A DNA stretch of 64,000 nt from the human T2T-CHM13v2.0 reference genome, Homo sapiens. The DNA lies in NCBI RefSeq assembly GCF_009914755.1, contig NC_060929.1, one strand, 5' to 3'. Below are positions 1-13,595 of the stretch, piece by piece. A model generated the notes under the pieces. It saw only the letters and a program-made list of their open reading frames with translations. It had not been told where the DNA came from and did not search any database. How positions within the stretch are numbered: the first letter of the stretch is position 1; every line of letters starts with the position of its first letter. A program made the position numbers and the translations under genes.

Positions 1-1592
1 AATCTTATACAAACTGTTCTCGGAAATATAGAATGAGAAAACATTGCTGTGATACCAAAACTGGACAAAGATAATATGAGAATATAATACCACAGGCCAT
101 TCTTACTAGCGTGACCATATACTTTATCATCCAAACCCAGGCACTTTAAGAGTGTAAATGTTATCAATAATGATGCAGAAAAAGAAGTGTAAACTGGAGT
201 TGTTCCAGGTAAATTGGGCCATGTAGTCCCCTAAATCTCACTCATAAACATAGATACAAAAATCCTTCAAAGGTATAACACATAACTAGTAATACCAAAA
301 AAATGGTAATAACATATGATGACCATGTTGGGTCTACCTGGAATATGAATTATTTTAACATTAGAAAATAACTTAATGGGATTCACCATATTAAAAGATT
401 GAAGAAGAAAACACATATGATCATCTCAATATCTGTGGAAAAAACAATTGATAAAATCAACATCCATTCATGATGAAAGCTCTTAGCAAACCTAGGAATA
501 CAAGGGAACTTCCTTAGTCTGATAAAGAATATCTGCAATACACTTAGAGGAAACATCATGCTTAATGGTAAAATGATGAAATCTTTCCCTTTGAGATCTA
601 TAACAAGGATGCCTGATGTTATTACTTTTATTCAGCATTCTACAAGATATCCCAGTCTGTGTAGTAAGGAAAGAAAAATAAATAAAAGATAGAAAACTAA
701 GAAAAATAGAAGAAAATCTGTCACTACTCATAGGTGATGCATTTGTATATGTAGAAAATTCAAAAGGATCTATAGATAAGATTTTAGTATTGATAAGAGA
801 GTTTAGCAAGTTTGCTGGATACAAAATCAGTCCATAAAAATCAATTGCATTTCTTTATACCAGAAAAAGACATTTATTAACATGATATTTTAAAAGAAGT
901 TGCCTTTTTTAATATAATGCCAAAATGCCAAGTTCCTAGGAATAAATATAACAAAAGTTCTCTATTAAGAAAATTTTAAACTTTATTGGGAGACACACAC
1001 ACACACACAAACACACAAAGTGAAAATACTGTGTTTGTTAACTAGAAGTCTCAATATTGTAAAGATGTCATTCTACTGAAATTGATTTATAGAATCAGTG
1101 CAATCTCAAAGTCCCAGCATTTTGGGGTGTGGTGGGAAAAGTTGACAAGCTAGTTTAAAATGAATATGGATAAAGAATAGCCAAGACATTCTTAAAGAAA
1201 AAGAACAAGGTGGGAGAACTTGCTCTTGTAGATACCAAGATGTATTATAAAGTTAGAATATTTAAGACAATGTGATATTAGTTTAAGGAGAGACAAATAG
1301 AGCAATGGAACATAATAGAAAACCCAGAGAAAGACCCACACCCACGTATCTATGAACCCGTGAAATATAAGAGTCAGCAATGCAAATCAGCAGGAAAAGA
1401 AGTCTTTGCAAAAAATATGCTGGAACAAATGAGTATTAATATGGAAACAGCTAAACCAGAGCCCTGCCTCATGCAATTCCAGGTCAATTAAAGACATAGA
1501 TGTGAAAGAAAAGACTATAGAGTTTTTAAGATACTATACAAGAAAATATCATCATCTCAAGGTAGAGAAGGAATTCCTAAACAAAACAAAAT
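1..1592 (+). mobile_element. Old L1M-type LINE-1 ORF2 fragment, left part of the host element
   Basis: A-rich, heavily decayed sequence resembling sense-strand L1 ORF2 (e.g. gataaaatcaacatccattcatgatg at ~451, caatattgtaaagatgtcaattct at ~1052). No long ORF. Continues after 8545. Confidence 0.8.
993..1017. repeat. (CA)n microsatellite
   Basis: acacacacacacacacaaacacaca. Confidence 0.9.
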
Positions 1593-1601
1593 CAGTACCT
1601 A

Positions 1602-4600
1602 TTTTTTTAACTTTCATTTTAAATTCTGGGATACAAGTGCAGGTTTGTTACATAGGTAAACTTGTGTCATGGGGGTTTGTTGTACAGATTATGTCATCAC
1701 CCAGGTATTAAGCCTAGTATTCATTAGTGCTTTTTGCTGATCCTCTCCCTCCTTTCACCCTCCACTCTCCGAAAGGCTGCAATGTGTTCCCCTCTTTGTG
1801 TCCATGTGTTATCATTTAGCTCCCACTTCTAAATAAGACCACGTGATATTTGGTTTTCTGTTCCTGTGTTAGCTTGCTAAGGATAATGGCCTCCAGCTCT
1901 AGCCATGTCCCTGCAAAAGACATGATCTTGTTCTTTTTTATGGCTGCATAGTATTCAATGGTGTATATGTACCACATATTCTTTATCCAGTCTCTCATTG
2001 ATGGACATTTATGTTGATTCCTTGTCTTTGCTATTGTGAAAAATGCTGCAATGAACATACGCATGCATATGTCTTTATAATATGATTTATATTCCTTTGG
2101 GTATATATCCAGTAATGGGATTGCTGGGTCAAATGGTATTTCTGTCTTTAGGTCTTTGAGCAATTGCCACTCTGTCTTCCACAATGGCTGAACTAATTTA
2201 CACTCCCACCTATAATGTATAAGCATTCCTTTTTCTCCACAACCTCACCAGCATCTGTGATTTTTTGACTTTCTAATAGTAGTCATTCTGACTGTTGTTA
2301 GATGGTATCTCATTGTGGTTTTTATTTGATTTGCATTTCTCTAATTATCAGTGATGCTGAGCTTTTTTTCATATGATTATTGGCTGCATGTATGCCTTCT
2401 TTTGAAAAGTTCATGTCCTTTGACCATTTTTTATGGGGTTTTTTTTTTCTTGTAAATTTGTTAAGTTCCTTATAAATGCTGGATATGAGACCTTTGTTGG
2501 CAAAAATTTTCTCCCATTCTGTAGGTTGTCTGTTGACTCTGCTGATAGTTTCTTTTGCTGTGCTGAAGCTAAGTTTAATTAGATCCCATTTGTCCATTTT
2601 TGCTTTTGTTGCAATTGCTTTTGGCATCTTCATCATGAAATCTTTGTCTGTGCCTATGTCCTGAATGGTATGGCCTAACATTGTCTCCCAGGGTTTTTAT
2701 AGTTTGGGATTTTACATTTAAGTCTTTAATCCATCTTGAGGTAATTTTTGTATATGGTGTAAGAAAGGGGTCCAGTTTCAATCTTCTGCATGTGGCTAGC
2801 CACTTATCCCATCACCATACATTGAATAGGGAATGCTTTCCCCATTGCTTGTTTTTGTTGACTTTGTCAAAGATCAGATGGTTGTAGGCATGTGGTCTTA
2901 TTTCTGGGTTCTTGATTCTGTTCCATTGGTCTACGTGTCTGTCCTAGTACCAGTGCCATACTATTTTGGTTACCATAGCCCTGGAGTATAGTTTGGAGTC
3001 AGGTAGTGTGATACCTCCAGCTTTGTTCTTTTTGCTTAGAATTGCCTTGGTTATTAAGACTCTTTTTTTTTTTGTTCCATATAAATTTTAAATTTTTTTT
3101 TTCTAGTTCTGTGAAGAATGTCAACAGTAGTTTAATGGAAATAGTATTGAATCTATAGATTGCTTTAGGCAGTATGACCATTTTAATAAAATTGATTCTT
3201 CCTATTCATGAGTATGGAATTTTTTTTCATTTGTTTGTGTCATCTCTGATTTTTCAGCAGTGGTTTGTAGTTCTTGTCAAGATCTTTTACCTCCCTAGTT
3301 AGCTATGTTCCTAGGTAGTTTATTCTTTTTGTGGGAATTGTGAATGGGAGTTTGCTCATAATTTGGCTCTTGGCTTGAATGTTGTTGGTGAATAAAAATG
3401 CTAGTGATTTTTGCACATTGATTTTGTATCTTGAGACTTTGCTGAAGTTGCTTATCAGCTTAAGAAGCTTTGGGGCTGAGATGATGGGATTTTCTAGGTA
3501 TAGGATCATGTCACCTCCAAACAGCAATAGTTTGACTTCCTCTCTTCCTATTTCAATGCACTTTATTTCTTTCTATTGCCTGATTGTCTTGGCCAGAACT
3601 TCCAATACTATGTTGAATAGGAGTGGTGAGAGAGGGCCTCCTTGTCTTGTGCCAGTTTTCAAGGGGAATGCTTCCAGATTTTGCCCATTCAGTATGATGT
3701 TGGCTGTGGGTTTGCCATAGATGGCTCTTATTATTTTGAGGTATGTTCCTTCGATACCTAGTTTATTGAGAGTTTTTAGCATGAATGGATGTTGAATTTT
3801 ATATAAAGCATTTTCTGCATCTATTGAGACAATCATGTGGTTTTTATCTTTAGTTCTGTTTATGTGATGCATCAAATTTATTGATTTGTATATGCTGAAC
3901 CAAACTTGCATCCCAGGGATAAAGCCTACTTGATCATGGTGGACTAGCTTTTTGATGTGCTGTTGGATTCTGTTTACCAGTATTTTTTTTGAGGATTTTT
4001 GTATTGATGTTCATCAAGGATACTGGCCTGAAATTTTCTTTTTTTTATTGTGTCTCTGCCAGGTTTTGGTAGCAGGATGATGCTGGCCTCATAGAATGAG
4101 TTAGCGGGGAGTCTCCATTTTGATTTTTTGGAATAGTTTCAGTAGGAACAGTACCATATATTCTTTGTACATCTGGTAGAATTTAACTGTGAATCTATCT
4201 GGTCCTGGGCTTTTTTTTGGTTGATCGGCTATTTATTACTGCCTCAATTTCAGAACTTGTATTGATCTGTTCAGGGATTCAATTTCTTCCTTGTTCAGTC
4301 TTGGGAGGGTGCATGTGTCCAGGAATTTATCCATTTCTTCTAGATTTTCTAGCTTATGTGCATAGAGGTGTTCATAATATTCTCGGATAGTTGTCTATAT
4401 TTCTGTGGAGTCAGTGGTGATATCCTCTTTATCATTTCTGATTGTGTTTATTTGAATCTTCTCCATTTTCTTCCCTATTAGTCTATCTAGCAGTTTATCT
4501 ATTTTATTAATTTTTTCCAAAAGCCAGCTCCTGGGTTCGTTGATCTTCTGAATGTTTTTTTTCATGTCTCTATCTCCTTCAGCTCAGCTCTGATTTGGGT

Positions 4601-7600
4601 TATTTCTTGTCTTCTGCTAGCTTTCAGATTTGTTTGCTCTTGGTTCTCTAACTCTTTTAATTGTGATGTTAGGTTATTAACTTTAGATCCTTCTAACTTT
4701 TTGATGAGGACATTTTTTCCTCTTAACAGTGCTTTAGCTGTGTCACAGAGATTCTGGTATGTGTCTTTGTTTCAAAGAACTTCTTGATTTCTGCCTTAAT
4801 TTCATTATTTATCCAAAAGTCATTCAGGAGCAGGTTATTCCATTTCCATGTAATTATATGGTTTTGAGTGAATTTCTTAGTCTTGGTTTCTAATTTGATC
4901 GTGCTGTGGTCTGAGAGTCTGTTTGTTATTATTTCAGTTCTTTTGCATTTGCTGAGGAGTGTTTTACTTCCAATTATGTGATTGATTTTAGAGTAAGTGC
5001 CATGTGACAATGAGAAGAATGTATTTTCTACTGTTTCGGGGTGGAGAGTTGTGTAGATATCTATGAGGTCCACTTGATTCAGTCCCAAGTTCAGGTCCTA
5101 AATATCTTTGTTAATTTTCTGTCTTGAATGATCTGTCCAATATTGTCAGTGGGGTGTTAAAATCTCCCACTATTATTATGTGGGAGTCTATATTTCTTTG
5201 AAGATCTCTAAGAACTTGCTTTATGAATCTGAGTGCTCTTGTACTGGGTGCATATATGTACTTAGGCTAGTTATATCTTCCTGTTGAATCAAACCCTTTA
5301 CCATTATGTAATGCCTTTCTTTATCCTCTTTGATCTTTGTTGGTTTAAAGTCTGTTTTGTCAGAAACTAGGACTGCAACCCCTGCTTTTTTGTTTTCCAT
5401 TTGCTTGATAGGATTTTCCTCCATCCCTTTATTTTGAGCCTATGTGTGTCACTGCATGTGAGATGGGTCTCTTGAAGATGGTATACCAATGAGTCTTGGT
5501 TCTTTATCCAGCTTGCCACTCTGTGTCTTTTAATTAGGGAACTTAGCCCATTTACATTTAAGGTTGTATTGATATGTGTGGATTTGATATTGTCATCATG
5601 GTATTAGCTGGTTATTTTGCAGACTTGTTTATGTGGTTGCTTTATAGGGCCAGTGATCTGTGTACTTCAGTGTGTTTTTGTAGTGGCTGGCAGTGGTCTT
5701 TACTTTCCATATTTAGTGCTTCCTTCAGGGGCTCTTGTAAAGCAGGTCTGACAGTAATGACTTCCCTTGCTTGTCTGTAAAGTATTTTATTTCTCCTTCA
5801 CTTATGAAGCTTAGTTTGGCTGGATATGAAATTCTGGGTTGGAAATTCTTTTTGTTAAGAATGTTGAATATTGCCCCCCAATCTCTTCTGGCTTGTGCTG
5901 AGAGTTCTATTAGTCTGATGGGCTCCCCTTTGTGGGTGACCTGGCCTTTCTCTCTAGCTACACTTAACATTTTTTCTTTCATTTCGATCTTGAAGAATCT
6001 GACGGTTATGTGTCTGGGGGATTATCTTCTAGTGGGATATCTTATTGGGGTTCTTTGCATTTCCTGAATTTGATTGTTGGCCTTTCTAGCTAGGCTGGGG
6101 AAGTTCTCATGGATGATATCCTGAAATATGTTTTCCAGATTGGTTCCAGTCTCCTCATCTCTTTCAGGTACACCAGTCAGTCATAAATTCAGTCTCTTTA
6201 CATAATCCCATATTTCTCAAAGGTTTTCTTCATTCTTTTTCATGCTTTCTTCTCTTTTCTTGTCTGTCTTATTTTACAACAGTAGTCTTCAAGCTCTGAG
6301 ATTCTTTCCTTTGCTTGGTCTACTCTGTTATAAACACTTCTGATTGCATTATGAAATTCTTGTGTGTTTTTCAGCTCTATCAGATTAGTTCCATTCTTCT
6401 CTATACTGGTTATTTTGTCTGTCAGCTCCAGCAATGTTTTATCATGATTTTTAGCTTCCTTGCATGGGGTTACAACATACTCCTGTAGCTTACTGAAGTT
6501 CGTTCCTATTCATATTCTGAATTCTACTTCTGTCATTTCAGCCATCTCAGCCTCAGACTTCTTCCAAACCCTTACTGAAGAGGTGATGCAGTCATTTGGA
6601 GGAAAGAGGGCACTCTGGCTTTTTGAGTTTTCAGCATTATTATTCAGATTCTTTGTCATCTTTGTGGGCTTATCTATCTTCAATCTCTGAGATTGCTGAC
6701 TTTTGGATTTTTTTTGTTTTTAACAGACTGGCCACTTTGCTGCAGTTTGCTTGGAGTCCACTCCAGTCCCTAGTCACCTCAGATTTTCCAGTACCTGGAG
6801 GTATCACCAGTGAAGGCTGCAAAACAGTAAAGATGACAGCCTGCCCCTTCCTCTGGGAGCTCCTCCTTGGGAGGTATGGACCTATTGCTGGCCCAAATGC
6901 ACCTGTAGGAGGTGGCTGGAGACCCCATTTGGGAGGTCTCACCCAGGAGGATCGGGATTGAAGACCCACTTAAGAAAGCAGTCTGGCCATGCTTTCATAG
7001 AGTAGGTGTGCTGTGCCAGGTTACCACTTCCACCCCCCATCGTCTTCAGCTCTCCTAAGCCTGGAAGCTGGAATGGCAAAGTCACCAAACAGCAAAGATG
7101 GCAGCCTGCCCCTCCCTCTGGGGGCTCTGTCCCAGGAAGTTTTCAAATCTCTGTTAGCCAGAGAACACTGGTGGTGGTGGCTGGAGGCTCTGGTTGGGAG
7201 GTCCCGCCCAGTGAGGGGGAACAGATTTGGGACCTACTTAAAGAAGTCTGGCCACATTTTGGTACAGTAGCTGTGCTGTGCTGGGTTATCCCGTCTGCCC
7301 CCAGTCAGTTTGAACTCCCCAAAGTCTGCAGGCTAGAATGGCTAAGTCACCCAAACAGGAAAGATGGCAGCCTGTCCCCCTAACTCTGTCCCCGGGAGAA
7401 TTCAAATCTCTGTCAGTAGGAGAACACTAGAGGAGGTGGCTGGAGGCCCGGTTGGGAGGTTCTGCCCAGTGAGGAGGAATGGGATTGGGGACTTGATTAG
7501 AGAAGCAGTCTGACCATGCTTTCATAGAACAGCTATGCTGTGCTGGGGTACTACTTCTGCCCCGGTCAGTTTGGGCTCTCCAAAGCCAGAGTTGGAGGCT

Positions 7601-8535
7601 TTGTTGCCCTGAGTTGGGCTGAGCTGCCCAAATAGCAAAGATGGTGGCCTGCCCTTCCCCTGGGGAACTTGCCCCAGGGAGAATTCAAATCTCTGTTGGC
7701 CAGAGAACACCAGTGGGGGTGGGCTGGAGGCCCCAGTTGGGAGGTCCTGCCCAGTGAGGAGGAACAGATCAGCGACCTGCTTAAAGAAGCAGCCTGGCCA
7801 AATTTTGGTAGAGCAACAGTTCTGTGCTGGAGACTCCCTTCTGCCCCCAGTTGGTTTTGACTCCCCACAGTCCAAAGGCTGGAATGATTGAGTCGCCCAA
7901 ACAGCAAAGATGGCAGCCCTCCCTTCCCCATAGGAACTCTGTTCCAGGTAGGTGCAACACTGTTGCCAGTGGCTGGCTGAAATTCCAAGACAGTGGGTCT
8001 TATCCTGTGAGGTGCCCTAGAAGTGGGGTCTGCAGACTGTCAGTTCTTGGGCCCCTGGATTCAGCCTCCTTCCTAGGAGTGTGTATGGGGGTCTAACCTC
8101 CCACTTTGCTGGAGTTGCAGTTACTTTTGCCAGGAAGCCTGGAGCCCGAGTATGTAAAACTCCTGAGTGTCCACACATGCCTGAGCGGCTGCTCTATGTG
8201 TCACACTGAAGGCCCCGATGGAGTGGATTCACGAAGGGATCTCCTGACCGAAGGGTTGCAAAGATCCGTGGGAGAAGTGTGGTTTCCCCACTTCTTCCCC
8301 ATTCACTCACCACTTCCTTGTCTGGGAGAGGTTCCCTCGGCTCCGTGTTGCTCCTGGGCGGGCCGTCATTTTGCCTTGCTTTTCTCCATCCTCTGTGTGT
8401 CAGGTTGTTTCCTTGATTACTCCCAAAGAGAGTACCTGGATGTTTCTGTTGAAGGTGCTGTATTTACTTGCCTCTTTCATTCCTGTGAGAGCCATGCACC
8501 CTAGCTGTTTCTAGTTGGCCATCTTGGCCACACTC
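1602..8535 (-). mobile_element. Near full-length, inactive primate L1 (L1PA8-L1PA13-like)
   Basis: Minus-strand ORF fragments match L1 ORF2 C-terminus (WECKLVQPLWKT, 1816-2226), RT ([22 protein letters not shown], 3573-3911), EN (4723-5424) and ORF1 (KKNFQPRISYPAKLSF, 5725-5982). Poly-T at ~1602, GC-richer 5'UTR to ~8535. Candidate TSD cagtaccta (1593-1601) / cagtatcta (8536-8544). Confidence 0.93.
6819..7945 (-). repeat. Tandem ~270-bp monomers in the L1 5'UTR
   Basis: Anchor ccaaacagcaaagatggcagcctgccc recurs at ~6819, 7085, 7351, 7628 and 7897 (spacings 266-277 bp). Confidence 0.9.
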
Positions 8536-8704
8536 CAGTATCTACAATGAAAATATTTGACTACACTAAAATTTAGAACTTTGGTTCCTCAAAAGATACC
8601 GTGGAATGAAAAGATACAAAATAGTGGGAGAAGACATTTGCAACATATATAATCCATAGAGCATTAGTATCCAGAATGTTAAAAAAAAAACTTCAATAAA
8701 TAAG

Positions 8705-8871
8705 AAAATTAGCCAGGACATGGTGGTGCACACCTGTAGTCCCAGCTCTTTGGGAGGCCAAGGTGCAGGGATCACTTGAAGCCAGGAGTTTGAGGCTGTA
8801 GTGAGCTACGATCACACCAACTGCACTCCAGCCTGGGCGACAGCAAAACCTTGTCTCTATGAAAAAAAAAA
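8705..8871 (+). mobile_element. Alu right monomer (FRAM/AluJ-like)
   Basis: aaaattagccagg...cacctgtagtcccagc...ccagcctgggcgacag...A-tail. Confidence 0.85.
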
Positions 8872-9159
8872 TAGTGCAGACAATCCTATAGAAAGCCAGA
8901 CAAAGGTTGAACAGGCACTTTATAATACAGGAAATCCAAATAATCAATAAAAGGTTCTCAACCTCACTCATAATCAGATCAAGGAAAATTTAAACCACAA
9001 TAAGAGAAAGAATTCAAATTTCTGTTGGGGGTGACTAGAGGCCCCAGTTGGGAGGTCCCACATAGTGAAGGGGAATGGATCAGGGACCTACTTAAAGAAG
9101 TTGTCTGGCTACATTTTGGTAGAGCAACTGTGCTGTGCTGAGGACATTTGTGCATATCA

Positions 9160-9481
<322 letters not shown>

Positions 9482-9669
9482 TTGGCAATTTCAGACAATT
9501 TAATGTATTGGCAAGGATGTGGAGCAAAAGGAATTCTCAAATACTGCTAATGGAAGTATAAATTGTATGTTTGTGAAATTAACATTATCTAGGAAAGTGA
9601 ATATATCCCGTGATTAATTCAGCAATTTCAGTCCTATGTGTATGTGTGCATGTGCACATATACACATGC

Positions 9670-10130
9670 ATAATCACAAATTTAGTGGCTAAATAATGCA
9701 CATTTATTATCTTACAGTTCTAGAGCTAAGAAATCCTAAAATCAATGTATTGGTAGGGCTGCATTCCTTTTGGAAGAATCTGTTTCTTTGACTTTTCCAG
9801 CTTCTAGAGGCCTCCTGAATTTCCTGCTTCATGGCCCCTCCCTCCATCTTTAAGCCCAGCAGTGTAGTGTTTAAAAATTTCTCTCTCTCCTTTGCTTCCA
9901 TTGTCATGTCTCCTTCTCTAGATCTGACCCTCCTAATTCCCTCTTACAAGGATTCTTGTGATTCCATTGGGCCTACCTGGATAATTCAGAATAATCTTCC
10001 CATCTCAAAACCCTTAACTTAATCACATCTGCAAAAGCTCCTTTTGCATGTAAAATAACATATCACAGGTTCCAGGGATTAGGACATGAACATTTTTGGG
10101 GGTGGGGAGTGTGATGTATTATTCTGTTTA
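9670..10130 (-). mobile_element. MaLR LTR (MLT1C/D-like)
   Basis: cacaaatttagtggct...tttattatcttacagttctagag...cacaggttccagggattaggacatg is the antisense MLT1 pattern. Confidence 0.75.
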
Positions 10131-10639
10131 ATAAATACATGTTAATGTATTCATATATACGTGTACCAAGATAATGTTCACAGCAGATTTGTTTGCATTA
10201 TGTACCGAAAACAACCCCAATCTATTTATTTAAAGTTTAAAAACAGGCAAAACAAAACTGTATTGTTTAGGAATGTGTAAGTAAGTGACAAAGCTACAGA
10301 GAAAACCAAGGAAGAAAAAAATTGCCAGAGATCCAGGTTAAAAAAAAAAAAAAGAAAAAGAAAAGAAAACCAAGGAAGCAATCATCATAAAAGACAGGTG
10401 AGTGGGTTACCTCTAAGGGCGAGCAGTCACGATTAGAGGACAAATATGGGGAGAGTTTTGGAGCGTTGGCGATTTTTTTTTGACTTAAGCATGGTTAAAT
10501 GGGTGATTGCTTATAATTACTTGTTAAATTAGGTTAATTAGGTTTTATTTACATGTTTTATGCTCTTTTCTGCATGCATTTGTGCTCTATTTTTTTAATT
10601 AAAAAATAAAATAAAGTAAAACTATGTTTCTTGCACTTA

Positions 10640-10990
10640 AAATACTGGAAAACCAAAGAGAATCTGAAAAACTTTTAGAATGAAGAGAGTTTGGCAAGAC
10701 GGCAAGAACCCTTGCTTTTTCCACTGGGCCTTTCTTCCTCCCACCCTGAGGGTGCTCCATGGAAAATGCAAATCTACTTAACTGACTTTCGCAAATGTCA
10801 AATGTAGAGTACGAATTTCAAGGGGAGCCTGGGGCTGTGCCATATCCTGCTGTGAGCTACAGTTTTCCAGCCTCTAGAGCCATCTTAACAAGGTGCCTGC
10901 CTGGTGTCTACTACCCCAGTATGTGCTCCAACCCCTGCCCAGGCCTCCTAGTGCTAGAGAGGATATAGACATGGCCTCTCCATGGAAACC
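10640..10990. promoter_or_regulatory. IL3 -14 kb T-cell enhancer (NFAT/Oct composite)
   Basis: TGGAAAATGCAAAT (NFAT overlapping an octamer) at 10760-10773, 13.8 kb upstream of the IL3 TSS. Further NFAT cores at ~10646, 10717, 10863 and 10983. Position and motif fit the known enhancer. Confidence 0.85.
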
Positions 10991-11299
10991 TCCAGGGCTG
11001 GTATGACACCTTAACAAACAAAAAGGGAGGATTGCCGGTACAGCGGAGTCCCGCAGGAGGATAGGTGTTGCCTTCTAGGTGGTAGGGAGGCTGAGAGGGC
11101 CATCCAGAGTAGGGACCACGAACTGGGGTCTCAACATGAAGAGTCGTTCATCAGATCTCAAGGGGGCAAGGCCCCCAGGCTAAGGAGGACTAGGGGTCAG
11201 GGTGGGGAGGATGCTGGGATTGGCTGGGTGCTGTCTCTATGGGAAACCTTGGAAAGAGTCTCAGGGTCTATTGAGAAAACATCCAGACTAGACTTTTTT

Positions 11300-12012
11300 C
11301 ATGTGATAAAATATACGTAACATAACCATTTTTAAGTGTACAATTCAGTGGCATGAAGTACATTCACATTGTTGTGCAACCATCACCACCATCTACCTCC
11401 AGAATGGTTTCATCTTCCCAAACTGAAACTCTGTACCCATTAAATATTAACTCTTCATCCCCCAGCCCCCAGCCCCTGGTAACAACTACTCTACTTTCTA
11501 GCTCTGTGAATTTAAATACTTTAGGTATCTCATATAAGTGGAAGCAGGCTGAGAGTGGTGGCTCACACCTGTAATCCCAGCACTTCGGGAGGCTGAGGCA
11601 GGCAGATCACTTGAAGTCAAGAGTTTGAGACCAGCCTGACCAACATGCTGAAACTCTGTCTCTACTAAAAATACAAAAATTAGCCGGGCATGGTGACTTA
11701 TGCCTGTAGTCCCATCTACTCAGGAGGAGGCTGCAGCATGAGAATTGCTTGAGACTGAAAGGTGGAAGTTGCAGTGAGCCAAGATCACGCCACCGCACTC
11801 TAGCCTGGGCAACAGAGTGAGAACTCTGTCTCAAATAACTAACTAAATAAATAAATAAATAGACGCATATAATATTTGTCATTTTGTATTGACCGATTTC
11901 ATTTAGCACAATGTCTTCAAAGTTCATCCATATTGTCACATGTCAGAATTTCCTTTCGTTTTAAGGTTGAGTAATATTCCACTTATATACACACCACATT
12001 TTGTTTATCCAT
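11300..12012 (-). mobile_element. L1MB-like 3' end fragment, split by an Alu
   Basis: ccatttttaagtgtacaattcagtggca...tgtgcaaccatcaccaccatc; resumes after the Alu with ttcatttagcacaatgtcttcaaagttcatccat. Confidence 0.75.
11547..11860 (+). mobile_element. Alu (AluS-like) with (TAAA)n tail
   Basis: ggctgagagtggtggctcacacctgtaatcccagc ... gtctcaaataactaactaaataaataaataaa. Confidence 0.93.
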
Positions 12013-12429
12013 TTATCTACTGATGGACATTTGGGTTGTTTCTACCTTTTGGCTATTGTGAATAATGCTGCAGCTACAGACTGAATATCTATGCCTCAAT
12101 ATTCTTATGTTGAAACCTAAGCCCTAATGTGTTGGTATTTGTAGGTGAGGACTTTAGGAGGTGATCAGGTCATGAGAGCAGAGCCCTCATGAATAAGCTT
12201 AGGCCTTTATAATAGACACCTCAGAAAACTCCATTACCCCTTCTTCGATGTGAGGTTATAGCAAGAAGATGGCTGTCTATGAACCAGAAAGTGGGTCCTC
12301 ACCGGACACCAAATCTTCTGGTTCCTTGATCTTGAGCTTCCATCCTCCAGAACTGTGAGAAATAAATTTCTGTTCTGAATAGCCACTCAGTATGGTATTT
12401 TATTATAGCAGCCCTAACGGGATAAGACA
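12013..12429 (+). mobile_element. MaLR solo LTR (MLT1A/MST-like)
   Basis: gctacagactgaat...tcttatgttgaaacctaa...ccagaactgtgagaaataaatttctgtt...tatagcagccc...taagaca. Confidence 0.8.
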
Positions 12430-13170
12430 GCCACTATAAACATTGGTGTGTGAATACAGCCTAGATGTTTCAAAGTGAAAAACTACGGCAATTTCAGTTA
12501 AGAAAACAACCGTTGGAGAGGCCAGTACAGTTACAATTACCAAGACCAGAGAGAGACCCAGGAACTCCAAATCCATCTCCTACCTGCTGTCAGTGACCTC
12601 TTGGCCCTGTTGGCACAGGCATCTCTGCAGAAATGAAGTGTGGTCATTCCAGGCCATGGGCTTTTCAATAGCAGCTAAAACCTCATCCCAGCCTCATGGA
12701 ATACTGTACATGTTCAGTAGAGTGACAAGAATGTGACTCAGTGGATAAATCAGAAAGTTTTCAGAGTTGAAAAAGTCCATCGCAAACCTGCGAGATCCAG
12801 TATGCAAGAAAATGCTTGGAAAACGTTAGTGCTCAATAGTAAAGTAAATGTTTCAAACTAAACTCCTACAAATGAAGCCAAATGTAAGGTTCTATGTATA
12901 GACGAGAGACTCACCAATCAGGGACAGCATAGAGATCCTCACTACAGTGAGGTTTGCCTGGACCCATCCTGGTTTTTTAAAGCTAAAAGTCCTTTGTACT
13001 GGGAGCCCCCTCAGGCCAGGGCAAATCTCTTGTGCTCTTGGGCTTCACAGGGCCTTCAGCAAAGATGTCTCTGCCCTACTTGCCTCTGGGTGCCTGCAGG
13101 GGAAATACACACAGTGAGCAGGGAGTTTATAATCCCCATAATTGCAGCCACGTGTAGGAAAATAGCCTGT

Positions 13171-13595
13171 TGCATGGCAAGAGTGATGCCATCTTGAAGC
13201 AAAACCACCATTGTGACTGACGTTTGACTCCTGCATACCAAGGTGTTCGACAGCAAGGTCAAGAAACAATGCGTGTAGTATAGATAAACCATTGTAAAGA
13301 TGCTTATCTAACTCCCCCAGAGGTTAGGAGTTTCACAAGAGTGTCTAAGATATGAACAGTTGCACATGCATTTATCCTAAAGCTTGCCGTATTAAGAGTA
13401 CTTTCTGGAGGACAAGTGTGGGGACCTACTGTCTTGGCTGCCAGAGACATCACTTCCGTTCCTAAGTCCCTATTAAATGCTTCTTTCTGAAAAACTGGAC
13501 TTGTCAGACTTTTACTTCAGCCTCTTATTACTTCAGCCTCTCAGCTCCCTTGGCCTTCAGGGGTGGGTGTGCGTTAGACCTGCTCACCGCAGAAG
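13171..13595 (+). mobile_element. Solo LTR (LTR47-like)
   Basis: gagtgatgccatcttgaagcaaaaccacc...tgactcctgcataccaaggtgttc...ctattaaa...gacctgctcaccgc; family recalled from consensus, not verified. Confidence 0.55.

Noticed and set aside
1816-6434. L1 ORF1/ORF2 as functional CDS
   Set aside because: Broken by many stops and frameshifts; RT motif FADD decayed to FGGD.
6819-7945. Regularly spaced repeats resembling a CRISPR-like array
   Set aside because: The sequence between anchors is also homologous; these are L1 5'UTR monomers in a mammalian genome.
12584-12624. 41-nt minus-strand exon-like unit (tttctgcag ... cag|gtagga)
   Set aside because: Short, not frame-preserving, no homology; such matches arise by chance.
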